From the NCBI GenBank assembly GCA_049317285.1, contig JBMOIO010000004.1, positions 2,994 through 66,993 of the forward strand: a stretch of DNA of 64,000 nucleotides, written 5' to 3'. Shown piece after piece: positions 9,616 to 18,780 of the stretch (positions are counted from its first letter, which is position 1; each line of letters starts with the position of its first letter). Under the pieces are notes generated by a model. It did no database searches and was not told where the DNA came from. It saw only the letters and a list, made by a program, of their open reading frames with translations. The position numbers and the translations under genes were made by a program. The stretch is from Minisyncoccia bacterium. Its GTDB lineage: Bacteria; Patescibacteriota; Minisyncoccia; Phycocordibacterales; UBA9973.

Positions 9616-10260
9616 ATGCATAACGAACACCACCAACAGCAAATCAACGGACTCCTTATTATTGTCGCAACCCTTATTGTAGGAGCGATTCTTCTCTTTC
9701 TTATTCCCGGAAAACGCGCCGAAGCGCCTGCTCCTGTAGTTACTGAACCAACTCCCGTACAAACAGATACTCGTACTGTGTATAGCTCTCCAGAATACGG
9801 CGTCACCCTTCGCTACAGTGCCGATTTTACTGCACAACCAACAACTGAAGGAACTTCATTTTATTGGAATAGTACGGCAGTTCCGGCACAAACCCTTTTC
9901 CGTATCAGTCTTCCAAAAAGTTTTCAGCCAAACACTAATTTCTCTGAAGCCCGCATCTCACTCTATGCAACAGAAAGCTCGCTTTCCGCAAAGAATTGTC
10001 TGACAGCGCAAAACGGCGAAGTGGCAAGCGGTATGAAAAACTCCTGGGCAGTATTCAAGCTCAGTGACGCCGGAGCCGGCAACTATTATGAGACGACGAG
10101 CTACCGCATGCTGAAAAACGGTGCCTGTGTCGCGCTTGACGCAGTGGTGCATTCGGTTGCTGTGGGCAACTATCCCGCCGAGCTCGGCATCAAAGAGTTT
10201 GACCACTTTGCCGTTAGTCAAAAACTCGATGAAGTGATTGATAGTGTGACAGTACAATAA
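9616..10260 (+). CDS. Hypothetical exported or membrane-anchored protein
   Basis: N-terminal TM, DAGAGNYYETTSYR and a Cys pair. Confidence 0.7.
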   Translation: MHNEHHQQQINGLLIIVATLIVGAILLFLIPGKRAEAPAPVVTEPTPVQTDTRTVYSSPEYGVTLRYSADFTAQPTTEGTSFYWNSTAVPAQTLFRISLPKSFQPNTNFSEARISLYATESSLSAKNCLTAQNGEVASGMKNSWAVFKLSDAGAGNYYETTSYRMLKNGACVALDAVVHSVAVGNYPAELGIKEFDHFAVSQKLDEVIDSVTVQ

Positions 10261-10264
10261 GGGT

Positions 10265-10294
10265 CGTGGCCCGCGTAGCCTTGGTGAAGAGGGC
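10265..10294. repeat. Family B REP-like palindrome (intergenic)
   Basis: CGTGGCCCGC-GTA-GCC-TT-GGT-GAA-GAGGGC; same architecture as the copies at 39190, 40657 and 53203. Confidence 0.7.
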
Positions 10295-10353
10295 TTGCAA
10301 TAGAGGCTCGTCTACAGCTACAATGAAAGTATTAGAAGTAAACAACTATTTAT

Positions 10354-10503
10354 ATGCTCACAACAATTGCAATCCTCCTCCTCATTCTTTGGTTCCTCGG
10401 ATTTATCGGTATTTATACTATCGGTAACTTCATTCACATCCTTCTCGTTGTGGCTGTCGTGATGATTCTCATCCGCATCATCCGCGGAGAAAATCCGTTT
10501 TAA
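10354..10503 (+). CDS. lmo0937/DUF5670 family small membrane protein (49 aa, not in the ORF track)
   Basis: Hand translation MLTTIAILLLILWFLGFIGIYTIGNFIHILLVVAVVMILIRIIRGENPF, followed by terminator ACTCCC-GAAAA-GGGAGT-T7. Confidence 0.85.
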   Translation: MLTTIAILLLILWFLGFIGIYTIGNFIHILLVVAVVMILIRIIRGENPF

Positions 10504-10559
10504 GTACTCACACAAAGATACTCCCGAAAAGGGAGTTTTTTTGTTTACAGAAAAATTTC

Positions 10560-10674
10560 AGAAAAATAGAATAGCTCCCCTCGAACCACACACATAATTT
10601 TCTGCTGAAAATTTGTTCCAACTCGCGCCAGACGCGCTCCGTTAGTCGGTTCTCCGGGACTATTCTATTTTTCT
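10560..10674. repeat. Family A structured dispersed repeat, copy 1
   Basis: Closing stem AGAAAAATAGAATAG/CTATTCTATTTTTCT; core CATAATTTTC-TGCT-GAAAATTTGTTCCAACTC-GCGC-CAGAC-GCGC-TCCGTTAG. Confidence 0.9.
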
Positions 10675-10703
10675 TTCTCCGTAATTCTGGTAGAGTACCT
10701 CGT

Positions 10704-11519
10704 ATGAATACGAGCGAGAAAGCGTTTGTAAAAGCTGTGTATGCCTACTATAAAAAAGAGGGGAGGCATGACTTGGCGTGGCGGCAAACCACCAATCCGT
10801 ACAAGATAGCCGTCTCCGAAGTGATGCTTCAGCAGACCCAAGTATCTCGCGTGAAGGAAAAGTACAAAGAGTTCTTAAAGCTTTTTCCAACAGCAAAAGC
10901 GCTTGCGACTGCGTCTTTGGCGGATGTATTGAAAGTATGGACCGGGCTCGGGTATAACCGCCGTGCAAAATTTTTAAAGGCAATGGCGGAAACAGTGACA
11001 ACTGAATACAAAGGAGTGTTTCCCAAAACAGTGCGCGAACTTGAGGCCTTGCCCGGAGTCGGTCACTATACTGCGCGCGCTATTGCGACCTTTGCATACA
11101 ATACCGCACACACATTTATTGAAACAAATATTCGCACCGTCTACATGCATCACTTTTTTCCCGAGTCAGAAGAATTAGTAGACGACAAGGTGCTGATGCC
11201 GATTATTGAAGCGACGCTCGATACAAAAAATCCGCGCGAGTGGTATTGGGCGCTGATGGACTACGGCAGCTTTTTGAAAACAAGTGGTGTGAAGATTCAC
11301 CGCAATAGTGCGCAGTATAAAAAGCAAAGTCCCTTGAAGGGTTCCGTCCGCGAAGTCCGCGGCGCGATTATTAAAGTGTTGGCACACAACCCGCACACTA
11401 CTACTGCTCTGCGCAAGAAGGTTTCCTTCGACACCCCCCGCTACAACACTGCCCTTGCCCAGCTTGTTACCGAGAACCTTATCGAAAAAAAAGGGAACAC
11501 CTACCAAATAAAATCCTAG
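10704..11519 (+). CDS. mutY: A/G-specific adenine glycosylase MutY (short form, no Fe-S cysteines)
   Basis: VSEVMLQQTQV, WTGLGYNRRA, LPGVGHYTA, ETNIRTV and ALMDYGS. Confidence 0.9.
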   Translation: MNTSEKAFVKAVYAYYKKEGRHDLAWRQTTNPYKIAVSEVMLQQTQVSRVKEKYKEFLKLFPTAKALATASLADVLKVWTGLGYNRRAKFLKAMAETVTTEYKGVFPKTVRELEALPGVGHYTARAIATFAYNTAHTFIETNIRTVYMHHFFPESEELVDDKVLMPIIEATLDTKNPREWYWALMDYGSFLKTSGVKIHRNSAQYKKQSPLKGSVREVRGAIIKVLAHNPHTTTALRKKVSFDTPRYNTALAQLVTENLIEKKGNTYQIKS

Positions 11520-11543
11520 CGAGAACCCCTCCTTTTTAGATCC

Positions 11544-11587
11544 CACTTGCATCAAAATCTTGCTATAGCAAGATTTTGATGCAAGTG
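11544..11587. repeat. Perfect 44-bp palindrome (family D)
   Basis: CACTTGCATCAAAATCTTGCTA|TAGCAAGATTTTGATGCAAGTG; related copy at 44363-44398. Confidence 0.85.
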
Positions 11588-11634
11588 CCCCGTATACCTT
11601 TGATACTTGGGGGATTTTTACTACAATAGGCTAT

Positions 11635-12846
11635 ATGATATTAAGAATGACGCCTCGAAAACTTCGGCATTTCCGCTTTATTGGCAAAGTGTTCCTTATT
11701 AGCCTCTCCGCAGGCATCGTGCTCCTGGCACTGGTTGCAGGGGTGGTGTGGGCGTTTAAGGACCGTATATTGACCTCTATTGCGCTCTACGTGCCACCGC
11801 CACAACTGCCAAAAATTGCCGAGACACCCGTAATCCCGCTTTCCGGTGGTGAGGTGATCGTGGCGGCCGACAGCGCTGTTGTGCCGGAGGAGAAAGATAT
11901 CCCGCTTTCAGTGTCAGAGGTTGTGGCAAAGGCCGACGACAGTGTCGTGTCTATCACCCTTACCAACAGTGTCGGAAGAATACTCGGTAAAGGAACAGGA
12001 TTTTTTGTTACAAAGGATGGACTGATTGTTACTAACCGCCATGTAGTGGACACTTCCGGCGCTTCGTTTACTGTCACTACCACTGACGGCAAAGAACGCT
12101 CGGCCACGCTTGTGGCAATCGACCCTGTACTCGATATCGCTCTCGTGCGGGTCGCAGGCTCGGGCTTTACTCCGCTTGTGCTCGGAAATTCCAACACGCT
12201 TTCTACTGGGCAAAGCGTTATCGCTATCGGCTACGCGCTTGGCACATTTCAAAACTCTGTCTCTGTCGGTGTAGTGTCCGGCCTTTCGCGCAGTGTCGTA
12301 GCAAGAGGAAATAACGGAGACTCGACCTATCTTGATGCAGTGATTCAAACTGATGCCGCTATCAATAAAGGAAACTCAGGAGGTCCCTTGCTAAACCTCA
12401 AGGGCGAAGTGATCGGAGTAAACGCTGCAAGCGCACTGACTTCGCAGAGTATCGGCTTTGCGCTTCCGATCAATGATGTGAAGCAGGCTATCACTTCGGT
12501 GCAGAAAACAGGCCGTATCATCCGTCCGTATGTTGGCGTGCGCTATACCCAAATCACTCCTGATGTTGCGTCAGAGCGCGGGCTGTCAGTAAACTATGGA
12601 GTAATCGTGGAACCTGGTCGCTCACAAGCCGATATTGCAGTGCTCCCAGGCTCTCCTGCAGCTATTGCAGGCATTATGAGCGGGGATATTATCCTTTCGC
12701 TTAACGGCGTGAAGCTCGACCAGGCACGGAGTTTTGCTTCCTTGATACGGCAAAAAACAGTCGGAGCGACAGTGACCTTGCTCGTATTGCGAAACGGCGT
12801 CACCGCTCCGTATACAGTGACTCTCGCTGAAGCATCTGCTCTCTAG
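11635..12846 (+). CDS. htrA: HtrA/DegP-like trypsin serine protease with a PDZ domain
   Basis: TNRHV, DIAL, IQTDAAINKGNSGGPL and PDZ GSPAAIAGIMSGDII. Confidence 0.9.
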   Translation: MILRMTPRKLRHFRFIGKVFLISLSAGIVLLALVAGVVWAFKDRILTSIALYVPPPQLPKIAETPVIPLSGGEVIVAADSAVVPEEKDIPLSVSEVVAKADDSVVSITLTNSVGRILGKGTGFFVTKDGLIVTNRHVVDTSGASFTVTTTDGKERSATLVAIDPVLDIALVRVAGSGFTPLVLGNSNTLSTGQSVIAIGYALGTFQNSVSVGVVSGLSRSVVARGNNGDSTYLDAVIQTDAAINKGNSGGPLLNLKGEVIGVNAASALTSQSIGFALPINDVKQAITSVQKTGRIIRPYVGVRYTQITPDVASERGLSVNYGVIVEPGRSQADIAVLPGSPAAIAGIMSGDIILSLNGVKLDQARSFASLIRQKTVGATVTLLVLRNGVTAPYTVTLAEASAL

Positions 12847-12855
12847 TCAGTATTA

Positions 12856-14001
12856 TTACCGAGTGTCCACGATGCGAAATGCATAGAGGGCGCCCAAGAG
12901 GAGGAGTCCTGCCAACAGCATAAAGAGCCCTGTGTATGAAAAAAAGAGGAGGAGCACAGCACCAGTCATCGGCCCGATCACATACGCAAAGGGCTGCATG
13001 ATGCGGTAAAAGCTGATCACGTCTCCGTCAGTATCGGTGACCTGCTTGAAAAAATAGCTGTCATTCATAATCTCAAGCGTACTCGCTCCTATTCGGGTAG
13101 AGAAAAGAATCACTGCCACCGCTATTGCGCTTGGAGTGTTTACAAATGCAAAGAGCGCAATTGCAACCGCTATGACGACAAGCGAGGTGATCATCAGCTC
13201 TTTTTCGCCGAGGTATTTATCCGCGAGTCGCCCCATAGGGTATGGGAAAATAATAAAAGGGAGGAGCATAAAGGAAAATATCGCCCCGACAGTACTCCAA
13301 CTAAAGCCGAGCACTTGTATAAGATAGAGCGGTACATAGAGCGCCATCCACGAAAAGAAAAACTGCAAAAGAAAGTTCAAGGAAATCACCCGGCGAAGTG
13401 CGGGTGTTTTTCGAATGTGTGCAAATGCAGCGACCAGGTTTGGTGCACTTTGCGGGCGCGCGACAAACTTTCGCTGGCTGATAGCGATGATTATTCCGCA
13501 GACTGAAATCGCAACTGCTGAGATGAGATACACCGCACTAAAGCCGTATCGTGTAGAAATCATACCGACCAGTACCGGCATGCTGACCCATCCGATATTC
13601 ATGATCGTGAGCATGAGCCCGCGGATGTTTCCTGTGGCCGTGTTGGCGCTGTAGTGCTCGATGAATATGTCGAGCGCGTAGAGGATGCAGGCGTTGAGCG
13701 CAAAATAGACGACAAATGCTCCGAGGAGAAGGTACTCGCTCTGTACTGTTCCGAGTACCCACAAAAGCGTTGCTGAAAGGAGTATCACCCCAAGCGCCAC
13801 GCGCACTGTGCCAAATTTTCGCATCAAGCGCGGGGCTGAGAGGGTGAGCAGGATAGAAAGCGCGGAGGCGGTGGCAAACAAGACGCTGACAGTGTTTGCG
13901 CTAACATGCGCTCCCAGCATGCTTGAGTGCACATAGGCGACCAGCGCCATATGGAGTGCAAAAAAGAATGATGCAAGGAATACAATCCGAAGTTTTTTCA
14001 T
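12856..14001 (-). CDS. MFS transporter
   Basis: About 12 hydrophobic segments; GRLADKYLGEK MFS loop motif. Confidence 0.85.
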   Translation of the reverse strand: MKKLRIVFLASFFFALHMALVAYVHSSMLGAHVSANTVSVLFATASALSILLTLSAPRLMRKFGTVRVALGVILLSATLLWVLGTVQSEYLLLGAFVVYFALNACILYALDIFIEHYSANTATGNIRGLMLTIMNIGWVSMPVLVGMISTRYGFSAVYLISAVAISVCGIIIAISQRKFVARPQSAPNLVAAFAHIRKTPALRRVISLNFLLQFFFSWMALYVPLYLIQVLGFSWSTVGAIFSFMLLPFIIFPYPMGRLADKYLGEKELMITSLVVIAVAIALFAFVNTPSAIAVAVILFSTRIGASTLEIMNDSYFFKQVTDTDGDVISFYRIMQPFAYVIGPMTGAVLLLFFSYTGLFMLLAGLLLLGALYAFRIVDTR

Positions 14002-14031
14002 GAGTGTAGTATAGCGCAGTTTAGTACGCTA

Positions 14032-15927
14032 TTAGATAGCGAGAATAACCGGGATAACCAGTGGGCGCTTTGCGGTGTTCTGGAAGAGATATTTTGAAAT
14101 CGTTTCTGCCACTTCGTTTTTCGCCATATCAAAGTCGATAGGGTTTTGGCCCTTGGTGCTTGTTTCGATAGTGCGCTTGATCAGTGTGCGAGCGGTGCGA
14201 AGGAGCTCTTGGTTTTCTTTGAGGTACACGAATCCACGAGAGATGAGGTCAGGAGACTTCTTCAAAAGGCCTGTCTTTGCGTCTACAAGCGCCATCACCA
14301 CGAACATACCGTCTTCTGCGAGCATTTGTCGGTCGCGGATGACCACTGTCTGTTCGTCGCCGATAGAGAAGCCGTCCACCATCATTGCCTGTGCAGGAGC
14401 CTTTTCCTTGCGGACACTGATGCGCTCTCCGTCAGGAGAAATTTCGACGATGCTTCCGTTGTCGGGAACGACAATGTTTTGTTCAGGGATGCCAAGTTCC
14501 ATCGCAAGGTCCTTGTGCTGTTGGAGTCGGTAGTGGTTGCCGTGAATCGGAATAAAGAACTTTTCATTCACTTTGCGGTGCAGCCATCGAACATCTTCTT
14601 TGTTGCCGTGACCTGTTGCGTGAACTGTTTCTTCGCCCGGAGTGCGGTAGCTGATGATGCGGACGCCCTGTCGAGCAAGCCCATCTTTCATGCGTTCGAT
14701 TGCGCGTTCGTTTCCAGGGATAACAGAAGAGGAAAGAATCACCGTGTCAGTTTTCTTGAGCGCAAACTTTTTGTCGGTCTTGTTTGCAGCGCGCATGAGA
14801 CCAGAGAATTCTTCACCCTGTCCGCCTGTTGAAAGGACAATACATTTGTGAGGAGGGAATCGGTCGATTTCATCCATTGAAACGATTGTTTCTTTCTTTG
14901 GCTTGAGGAGGCCTGCCTGAATTGCAATCTCAATGTTTGTCTTCATTGAGCGACCGTTTAAGAAGATGTGCTTGCCGAGCGCTTCAGCAATTTCCACGAT
15001 CTTGATAAGGCGAGTGATGTGGGAGGCAAACGCTGCAATAATCACGCGGTGGTTGCTCTCACGGCGCAAAATATTTTCAAGTCCTTGGTGCACTTTGATT
15101 TCCGGCAATGAGAAGCCTTCGTTTTCGATGTTGGTCGAGTCGGTCAAGAGAAGGAGTGTTTTCATTGAGTCGAATATCTTGTACGCTTTCTCTTCGCTTT
15201 CTGTTGCAATGCCGTCGAGCTGATCGAGTTTGTAGTCGCCCGGGTTTACGATCGCGCCATGAGGCGTTTCGATGATCACTCCCATAGAGTCGGGGATAGT
15301 GTGGGTCACACCCCAGAACTTCACGCGAAGTTTGCCCAGTGTCACCACTTCGTTATTTTCCACGATGACAGTGTTCATAGCGGGAAGATGCGGGAATTCA
15401 GCTTGGCGCTTTTTCAGCATCAACACGGTGAGGTTGCGAGAATAGACCGGCGGGTTGCCGATGCGAGAGAGCACAAGCGGTACGCCACCAGTGTGGTCAA
15501 GGTGTCCGTGGGTCACGATGAGTGCGCGGATTTTGTGCTTTCGCTCTTCGAGGTAGCGAGTGTTTGGGATGACATAGTCGATACCGGGAGTTGTTTCGTT
15601 TGAAAACGACATACCCGCGTCAATCACGATGATATCGTCACCGATTTCGATCGCTGTCATGTTCTTTCCGATTTCTTCCACGCCTCCAAGCGGGATCACG
15701 CGGATCACTCCCTCTTCAATAGCGGGGATGTGCGCAGTCTTTCGTTCTTCGACTTGTCCTTCTTGGCCTTCATTTTTTGGCCATGCTGGTCGGCGATTTC
15801 TTCCGCCACCTCCGCCTTGTGGGCGGCGATTGAATGAACGCTTTGGTTTTCCGTTTCCTGCACCTGCTGGGCGAGGGCCGTTATTGTTAAATTGTCTTTT
15901 TGGTTGTGTGTTTGTTTGTTGTTCCAT
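14032..15927 (-). CDS. rnj: Ribonuclease J
   Basis: PLGGVEEIGKN, THGHLDH, HTIPDS, DSTN, HATGH and PIHG. Confidence 0.95.
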   Translation of the reverse strand: MEQQTNTQPKRQFNNNGPRPAGAGNGKPKRSFNRRPQGGGGGRNRRPAWPKNEGQEGQVEERKTAHIPAIEEGVIRVIPLGGVEEIGKNMTAIEIGDDIIVIDAGMSFSNETTPGIDYVIPNTRYLEERKHKIRALIVTHGHLDHTGGVPLVLSRIGNPPVYSRNLTVLMLKKRQAEFPHLPAMNTVIVENNEVVTLGKLRVKFWGVTHTIPDSMGVIIETPHGAIVNPGDYKLDQLDGIATESEEKAYKIFDSMKTLLLLTDSTNIENEGFSLPEIKVHQGLENILRRESNHRVIIAAFASHITRLIKIVEIAEALGKHIFLNGRSMKTNIEIAIQAGLLKPKKETIVSMDEIDRFPPHKCIVLSTGGQGEEFSGLMRAANKTDKKFALKKTDTVILSSSVIPGNERAIERMKDGLARQGVRIISYRTPGEETVHATGHGNKEDVRWLHRKVNEKFFIPIHGNHYRLQQHKDLAMELGIPEQNIVVPDNGSIVEISPDGERISVRKEKAPAQAMMVDGFSIGDEQTVVIRDRQMLAEDGMFVVMALVDAKTGLLKKSPDLISRGFVYLKENQELLRTARTLIKRTIETSTKGQNPIDFDMAKNEVAETISKYLFQNTAKRPLVIPVILAI

Positions 15928-15936
15928 ATATAAAAA

Positions 15937-17469
15937 TTAGTAAATAGTGTTCTGTCTCTTTTTCGCGAGTAGTGGATACAGTCGGTCAGTATTGGTATAC
16001 CAGCTCGTTACATTCGCGTACCGGAGTACGGGAGAGATAAGTACTGTAGGAATGATACCATGAGCATCTGTTTTGGTCACAAAAGGAATAGTGCTCGTAT
16101 ACAAAGGAAGAATCGCTTCGTAGTTTTCGCTCGGTACAGCTCCTTTTGCAAGTACTGCATTGAATGCACCTGTTGCAAGCGCTGACTGAAAGAATCCCGG
16201 ATCAAAACTTCTCACAGAAACGGTGACCCCCAGCGTCCGAACTTCTTCCGCCAGAGCATTTGCAAGGGCGATAGTGGTCGGTGTGTTGATTGTTGCAATC
16301 GAGAATCCGACTGAAGAACCGTTTTTCATAAGCGTACCGTTTTTGAGCTGGTAGCCGAGTCGTTCGAGTCGAGCGTATATTTCTTCGCTTGTCTCTTTTG
16401 GAGAATCGCGCTCTTTGAGCGGAGTCCCATAACCGTTTTCTACTATAGCGATTATTCGCTCTTTGTCAATATATTGAGTAAGTACAGTGACAAATGCAGC
16501 GTTTGCAAGCGCGCCTCCGTCTCCGCGCAAATGGTAGAGCGTTGCTTCAGTCGCACTTTTCACGGGCACCACCGTGTAGTCGCCCTCTGTGCTTGTCCCC
16601 ACTGTTCCAGAGCTCAGTGCAAAGGTAAAGTCGAGGTCGCCCTCATTCATCGCATCCATCAGTTCTCGTTGGTTGCTGAAAATATGGACAGAGAGTTTTC
16701 TCAAAAGAGGCGCGCCTAGTACATAGTGTTGATTGCGCTTAAAGACAAGAAAGTTCGCAATACCTTTCTCGCTGTCAGTGCGCACGAGCTCAAACGCTCC
16801 TGCGCCAATAGGTTGTACATTTTCAGGGGCTGTCGCAAATGCTTCGTCAGAAATCTCCGCCCATACATGTTCAGGGAGAATACCTATCGTGAGGCGCGCA
16901 AGGAAGTCAGTGCGCGGAGCAGGGAGGGTAAACACGACCGTTCGCTCGTCTGGTGCCTCCACGCCAACAAGGCTCCAGTACGCGGTATAGTTTTGGTTGA
17001 GTGTACTGTTTTGCAGTTTGCCGACCGTAAACAGCACGTCCTGCGAGGTGAGCTTTTTGCCGTCGTGGAATTTTGCTTCTTTGAGTGTGAAGGTATAGGT
17101 CCGGCTGTCGGGCGAGAGCGTGTAGTCTTGTGCAAGTTCAAGCATGATTTCGCCATCAGCAGTTTCCTTCATGAGTCCTGCATAGACGAGCTTGGTGAGC
17201 GCGATGTCGGTGTCGGTCACTGCGAGGATCGGGTTGATACTTTTTGGTGCACCTATGATTCCTTCGGTGAGGGCGCCTCCTGGGGCGGGGACAGTGACAA
17301 GAAAAGAATTATGAAAGGCGACAAGCGTGAAAAAAGCTATTGCAAGGATTGCAATAAATAGGCCCAGCGCAAGCTTGCGGTACGCTGTCATTTCTCCACG
17401 CAAAAGTGCACGGAGTGTTGAGAGAGAGGGGATTTTTTTGTGGGTGAGAAAAGAAAAAAAGGATGCCAT
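15937..17469 (-). CDS. ABC transporter peptide-binding protein (family 5)
   Basis: EGIIGAPKSINP, FHDGKKLTSQDVLFT and PIGAGAF. Confidence 0.85.
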   Translation of the reverse strand: MASFFSFLTHKKIPSLSTLRALLRGEMTAYRKLALGLFIAILAIAFFTLVAFHNSFLVTVPAPGGALTEGIIGAPKSINPILAVTDTDIALTKLVYAGLMKETADGEIMLELAQDYTLSPDSRTYTFTLKEAKFHDGKKLTSQDVLFTVGKLQNSTLNQNYTAYWSLVGVEAPDERTVVFTLPAPRTDFLARLTIGILPEHVWAEISDEAFATAPENVQPIGAGAFELVRTDSEKGIANFLVFKRNQHYVLGAPLLRKLSVHIFSNQRELMDAMNEGDLDFTFALSSGTVGTSTEGDYTVVPVKSATEATLYHLRGDGGALANAAFVTVLTQYIDKERIIAIVENGYGTPLKERDSPKETSEEIYARLERLGYQLKNGTLMKNGSSVGFSIATINTPTTIALANALAEEVRTLGVTVSVRSFDPGFFQSALATGAFNAVLAKGAVPSENYEAILPLYTSTIPFVTKTDAHGIIPTVLISPVLRYANVTSWYTNTDRLYPLLAKKRQNTIY

Positions 17470-17505
17470 TGTGAATCGGCTCACCTATATAGGAGGGTGT
17501 GTTCT

Positions 17506-17733
17506 TTATGCAGTGAGAACGATAGCGGCGAGAGAGACTGCAGCAAAGGCAATCGAAACCGCTATTGTCAGTACAAAGAAGAATCGCTCAGCACCTCTGC
17601 GAGTATGCAAAAATGACGCACTGTCTCCGCCAACAGGAATACCGCTGGCATCGCTTGAAGGGCGTTGGAGAAGGATAAGGGCGATGAGTGCGAGCGCCAA
17701 GAGTATTTGAATGCTGTGCAGAGTTGCTACCAT
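17506..17733 (-). CDS. secG: Preprotein translocase subunit SecG
   Basis: ILLQR...TRRGAERFF pattern with two TMs. Confidence 0.85.
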   Translation of the reverse strand: MVATLHSIQILLALALIALILLQRPSSDASGIPVGGDSASFLHTRRGAERFFFVLTIAVSIAFAAVSLAAIVLTA

Positions 17734-17830
17734 AGGTGAAACGAGATGATTATAGCAGACCAGAGCAAATTGGTAAAATTGACTTTTTGTTTATGTGTTA
17801 TATAGTGGTCACAAACTTAAACATTTAAAA

Positions 17831-18298
17831 ATGGAAGAAAACACTTCACCACAGCGAAATGAGACTCTTGCATGGATTCTCTTCGCGGTTTTTTTGTTGC
17901 TTTGCATCATGCGTATGGTTGCAGTTATAAGGATGTATGACCTTTTCTCTGCAAAACAAGCACTCTTCACTAGCTCGTTTGGCATAGAGATGACATTGAT
18001 CATCCTCTACAGCATAGTGTTTGTCATTTATATGCCAGAAGAGGGTAGACCTCCCTTAGTTATTGCTCCGGTGATGAAAAACCTCTTGGGGTACTACATC
18101 GTGCGCTTTTGCTTTATGCTCATTATAGGAAGCTTCCTTTTTGCAGCACTCCTTCGCTTGTTCTTGTTGTACTTGCCGTTTAGTGGATTTCTGTACGCAG
18201 GCGCACTGGTACTGACTATTGTTATGAGTATGTCGCTCTTGCGCATGGCATCGAAATACTACTTCTGGTACCGAATCAAAAAAATCTCACGAAAGTGA
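17831..18298 (+). CDS. Hypothetical multi-TM membrane protein (ORFan-like)
   Basis: Four hydrophobic segments; own promoter-like TTGACT...TATAGT. Confidence 0.6.
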   Translation: MEENTSPQRNETLAWILFAVFLLLCIMRMVAVIRMYDLFSAKQALFTSSFGIEMTLIILYSIVFVIYMPEEGRPPLVIAPVMKNLLGYYIVRFCFMLIIGSFLFAALLRLFLLYLPFSGFLYAGALVLTIVMSMSLLRMASKYYFWYRIKKISRK

Positions 18299-18338
18299 GC
18301 TTTTTTCTTTACCCGCCTTTACTATATAATAGGTATAT

Positions 18339-18635
18339 ATGGCAAAGACAAAGATTATTCCGCTTGCTGACCGTGTGGTCGTGAGTGTGGTGACTGAAAA
18401 GAAGACGCTGTCCGGTATCATCATTTCCGAAGGGATAGGCAAAGAGCGCCCGGAGCGCGGCGTGGTGACAGCGGTAGGAAAGGGGCGCAAGAACGACAGT
18501 GGCGAATATATGCCAGTAGAAGTGGGTGTGGGCGATGAAGTACTGTTTTCCAAATTCGGTCCGGAGATTATCGTCGTCGACGGCGTCGAGTACTATATAT
18601 TGAGAGAAGATCAGATTCTCGCGATTATTAAATAA
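18339..18635 (+). CDS. groES: Co-chaperonin GroES
   Basis: PLADRVVV, TLSGIII, VGDEVLFSK and ILREDQILAII. Confidence 0.97.
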   Translation: MAKTKIIPLADRVVVSVVTEKKTLSGIIISEGIGKERPERGVVTAVGKGRKNDSGEYMPVEVGVGDEVLFSKFGPEIIVVDGVEYYILREDQILAIIK

Positions 18636-18645
18636 TTCTCTCTCA

Positions 18646-18742
18646 ACGGTGTATTCCTCGAAATACGCGCATAAAATCCTGCTGGATTTTTGCTACTCTC
18701 GGCTCAGACAGCCTGCGAGATGTATTTCTCGGAGCACACCGT
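18646..18742. repeat. Family A structured dispersed repeat, copy 2 (between groES and groEL)
   Basis: ACGGTGTATTCC/GGAGCACACCGT closing stem; AAAATCC-TGCT-GGATTTT and GGCT-CAGAC-AGCC hairpins. Confidence 0.85.
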
Positions 18743-18780
18743 CGCTCGATCATTTGGTTATTAATGTATAATTAAAGAAT

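Noticed and set aside
18295-18340. CIRCE/HrcA operator before groES
   Set aside because: No TTAGCACTC-N9-GAGTGCTAA is present.
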